This document shows positions 60,837 to 64,000 of a DNA stretch of 64,000 nt, piece by piece (within the stretch, counting starts at the first letter, position 1; each line of letters begins with the position of its first letter). The stretch comes from Hyaloraphidium curvatum SAG 235-1 (taxonomy: Eukaryota > Fungi > Monoblepharomycota). The stretch is from NCBI GenBank assembly GCA_025558095.1, contig JAIVFI010000017.1, positions 310,001 through 374,000 on the forward strand. Direction: 5' to 3'. The position numbers and the translations under genes were made by a program. The notes under the pieces are model-generated. The model saw nothing but the letters and a program-made list of their open reading frames with translations. It did no database searches and was not told where the DNA came from.

Positions 60837-61969
60837 TCAAGCGCACCACAAGCAGGCATACGCACTGCTGATTCTCCAGCCCCAGTCATCGGTCCGCGTG
60901 GTCGTGTGCTCGGGCATGTGTAGGACCTGCATGCCCTCGCTGGTCACAACGAAGTCAGTTAGTCGAGCACGAAATGGCTCGCAGTCGAGGACACTCACTC
61001 GGGGTGCATCTCCCAAAGGCGCATCTGGGGCCAACCGCCGCCGTCGACCGGGCCACGGGTGCGCCTCCACCGTCCATCGGGCCCCTTGTGCTTCCAGAAC
61101 TTGACCGTGACGGACCTCTGGTCGTCATCGTAGCTCCAGGAGGAAGTCGTAGCGTAGTTCCTGCAGGAACAGCACTGAGCACGCCTCTACCCGCGCGCAA
61201 ACACGAAGCAACGCACCAGTCGTACGCCAAGAGTTCCTCCTCGGTCAGCTCGGTCCGCGTGGCGTCGAACTCGGCGGCCATGTACGAGCTCTTCCAAATG
61301 CTGCCCTGGCAGCCGATGGCGTCGCAGTGCTCGGGCACCGTGTCGCGCAGCTTGATCTCGAGGCTGCGGCGCCTGGCGCTCTCGATCTCTTCCTCGGGTA
61401 CGAAACGCGCGCGCAGGATAGCTCTGATTTCGTCGTCCGAAAGGTGGTCGAGGCTGAACATTGTGCCGTAGTAGTCGGCGCGCGGGTGCAGGGCCAACTT
61501 GACGTGCTTCTTCGTGCTGATCCTCTCGGCGTACAGAGCCTTCCACAGAAACTCGTCGTTTGCGAGGCCGTAGAGGTAGCGGTTGAGGCGATTGACCTTC
61601 ATTAGAGAGCCGATCCGGATGATGCGATCAACGTTGGTCGGAAATAGCTTTCAAATAAGGTCCGATGCACACCTTCAAGCACAGCTCCTTGACTCCGCAG
61701 AACTTGAGGATGCGGAGCATGAGCTCTGTCGGGATCGTGCTGAGAAAGTCGGTGGTTTCCTTGGAGAAGTCCTGCTCAAAGAGCTCGTCGTCGCAGTACC
61801 CCGAATCCTGGCGGACGGCGTCCCTCTTGCCATGCTTGCCCGCTTGCACGAACTGCTCCCGGGGGTTCTTGAACAGGTTGGAGCGCGTGATGCGCCGCTC
61901 CCTCGGCGAGTCCGGCGATGAGTTGTACGAGAGCCACGAGGACCCCGACGAAGAAGAGCTGCCGTACAT
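60837..61969 (-). CDS. F-box protein of unknown substrate
   Basis: FLSTIPTELMLRILKFC...LANDEFLWKALY; later WKSSY and RTDDWGW. Confidence 0.75.
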
Positions 61970-62449
61970 TTCCCTCCGCGGTCGCTGCCTGAACGAATGG
62001 CCGTCGATCAGGGGGCGGTTCCGGGGAGGATCCAGGGGGTTCGGCCGATCCCATGTCGACTCACATGAGGACAGAGAGGAGGGCGCGAACTCCGAAGGGG
62101 TTGTGCTCGGCGCTCATTCAACCACGATGCCGGTTTCTGTCGCATCACGGTGAGTTGATCGGGCAGGGGAAGGAGGGCGTCCCGCGGGACAAAGGGGGAC
62201 GATTCCGTGTCAGACCAAGATAATGCGGCGGACGGCACCAGGCAGGCGGGCCAGGGCACAGCCGGTCGAAACACGTACCGACAACGAATCCGCTGATCGA
62301 GGCGCGTCGGGAGAACCCTCCGATGCCGGATTCGCGTGGCGCGTGACTTCGGAGTTGAGCCGGAGTGACGGCCTTAAGCTTTGCGTGGATGTGTGATCTG
62401 ATCAGGTGAACTCCTAACCGCATTCGTCACCTCGCACCCCAATCGCGCG

Positions 62450-63110
62450 ATGGCGGCGACGCACGAGCTCTATCGGCGGTCAAAGATTGGCACGTGTCCA
62501 GGGCCCCTCTCTGCCCATGCCCCGGGCCCGCGCTGACCCGAGCCCCGCCCCGCGCCCGCAGGGGAGGCGCTCACCGAGACGTTGGACGAGATGATCACCA
62601 ACAACCTCATCGACGCCAAACTGGCCATGCTGGTCGTGCGCCAGGTAATCATCGTTGATTGGGCGGAGCGGGAGGGCCGTCGGCGGGCGGATATGTGGCT
62701 GCTCGCGGAGTTGAGACGTGGTCGACCGCGGTCGTCGAATGGCGGCACGCCGCGGCATCGGGAGCGGACTTGGGCGGCCTTGGAACTCCGCTAAGTTCTC
62801 TTTCCCCTCTCCTTCCTTCCTCTTGCTCGATAGTTCGACGCCACTATCGCCGAGGCGCTGAACTCGAAGGTGAAGAGCAAGCTCACGCTAAAGGTTGGTA
62901 GATCCGGGCCGTCCCGCTTCCGAAAGAGAAGCTGACGCCGCTGCGCTGCGTGTTTAGGGGCACCTCAACACCTACCGGTTCTGCGACGACGTGTGGACCC
63001 TGCTGGTGGACGACCCGACGCTGCGCTTTGACCAGGCCGAGGTGGTGACCGCGGAAAAGGTCAAAATCGTGGCCATGACGGCGATCAAAAAAGAGAATGC
63101 ACCCGAATAG
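62450..63110 (+). CDS. TOA2: TFIIA small (gamma) subunit
   Basis: [45 protein letters not shown]. Confidence 0.96.
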
Positions 63111-63252
63111 GCGGTGCGGGGGGCGAAGCTGCGCGACGATGGACTGGATGGGGCTCCCAGCCCTGTGGATTCTGTGTGATACCCAGATTGGTTTTGATTC
63201 ATTTGTGAAACCTGCCGTCAATTGGCACCGTGAAAAAGATACATCATCTGCC

Positions 63253-64000
63253 TCATCGCTTCGACCTTTTCCTGGGTCCGCCTCCCTTCCCGCCGCCTCC
63301 CTTGCCGAAGAAGTCCTTTGCCTTCCGCTTGCCCCCCGAACCGCCTTTTGGCGGCCCGGCCTCGAGCCCCTCGATGTCCGCGAAATCGTCGAACGTGTCA
63401 AACTCGTTTCTGAACCTGCTCATCCCGCCCGACGCCGCCAGCTTCTCCCTCTCCTTCCGCTCCCGCTTCGACATGTTGAGCCGCACAAAGTTGTCCTCCT
63501 CGAACCTGTCCCTCTCGGCCATCCGCTCGTCCATCTCCGTCGCCATCTCCACGGCCGAGTAGCCCGTGCCGCCGGCGGAGAGCTCCTCGGGCACGTTCTC
63601 GAACTGCGCCCGCACGTCGCGCATCAGCCGGGAGCGGGCCGCGCGCTCGCGTTCCCGCGCGCCGAGCTTCTTCTTCTTGGACGAGCCGTCGTCGAAGAAC
63701 TGGGGAGCCACGCGGGGGGCCTTGTACTTTGCGGGGGCGGAGGCGCCGCGGGGGGCGGGTTCGGGGTCCGGCTCGGCGGCGGCCTCCATCGCGAGCGGGT
63801 TGGGCTTGAAGGCGAGGGGATCGGCGACTGTGGGAAGTGGACACCACGGTGAGCGAATGGAGATGGCAATGAACGAGCTGGCGGCCCACATCCGGTGCTG
63901 TCCACCGCCTCTGGCGCCCCGCCCGCCGCTGCGCTCTCGAGCGCCGCCGTCGCCGCCTTGACCAGCTTCTCGATCTGGTACCTCAGCTTGGTCTCGAGCG
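63253..64000 (-). CDS. LCP5: U3 snoRNP/SSU processome protein Lcp5/neuroguidin (5' part outside the window)
   Basis: KLRYQIEKLVKAA, DPLAFKPNP, YKAPR, ERDRFEEDNFVRL. Confidence 0.9.
   Translation of the reverse strand, partial: ARDQAEVPDREAGQGGDGGARERSGGRGARGGGQHRMWAASSFIAISIRSPWCPLPTVADPLAFKPNPLAMEAAAEPDPEPAPRGASAPAKYKAPRVAPQFFDDGSSKKKKLGARERERAARSRLMRDVRAQFENVPEELSAGGTGYSAVEMATEMDERMAERDRFEEDNFVRLNMSKRERKEREKLAASGGMSRFRNEFDTFDDFADIEGLEAGPPKGGSGGKRKAKDFFGKGGGGKGGGPRKRSKR

Noticed and set aside
60635-60871. Stop-codon readthrough extension of ASCT
   Set aside because: The context is TGA-CAG, not TGA-CTA, and the extension does not end in a PTS1.
1-64000. Prokaryotic defence systems, CRISPR arrays, transposons, rRNA/tRNA
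   Set aside because: The sequence is intron-rich eukaryotic DNA almost fully accounted for by conserved genes; no such signatures were seen.

Overview
Gene-dense eukaryotic genomic DNA of high GC content with many short (~50-70 nt) spliceosomal introns. Gene content and intron style fit an early-diverging (chytrid/monoblepharid-like) fungus; this taxonomic call is inference. About 38 spliced protein-coding genes were read by hand. Most are housekeeping genes: SNF2/STH1, MIX23, a MEIOB-like OB-fold gene, WRAP53, WBP4-like, INO80, GTP cyclohydrolase I, SSF1, YME2, a KH+SAM Bicaudal-C-like gene, an EthD protein, TRM7, SMN, SERF, DOT1, NDUFA12, RPS16, MRPL4, NDUFS5, PML1/SNIP1, DCP1, RPL13, RPL32, YPT7, a fasciclin, a SPRY/SSH4-like gene, PAS kinase, an FkbM methyltransferase, NSE3, gamma-tubulin, an acetate:succinate CoA-transferase, an F-box gene, TFIIA-gamma and LCP5. 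No CRISPR array, transposon, rRNA or tRNA was seen. The most notable observations are: SMN directly adjacent to SERF (neighbours in the human SMA locus too); a palindromic TGTACA in many convergent 3' junctions; a PTS2-bearing, bacterial-like tandem EthD protein; a mitochondrial family-1B-type ASCT; a MEIOB-like meiotic gene; several GC-AG introns; a candidate H/ACA snoRNA in the RPL32 intron; and E2F-like promoter motifs. Family assignments come from motif recognition, not database searches. CDS coordinates are whole gene spans including introns.
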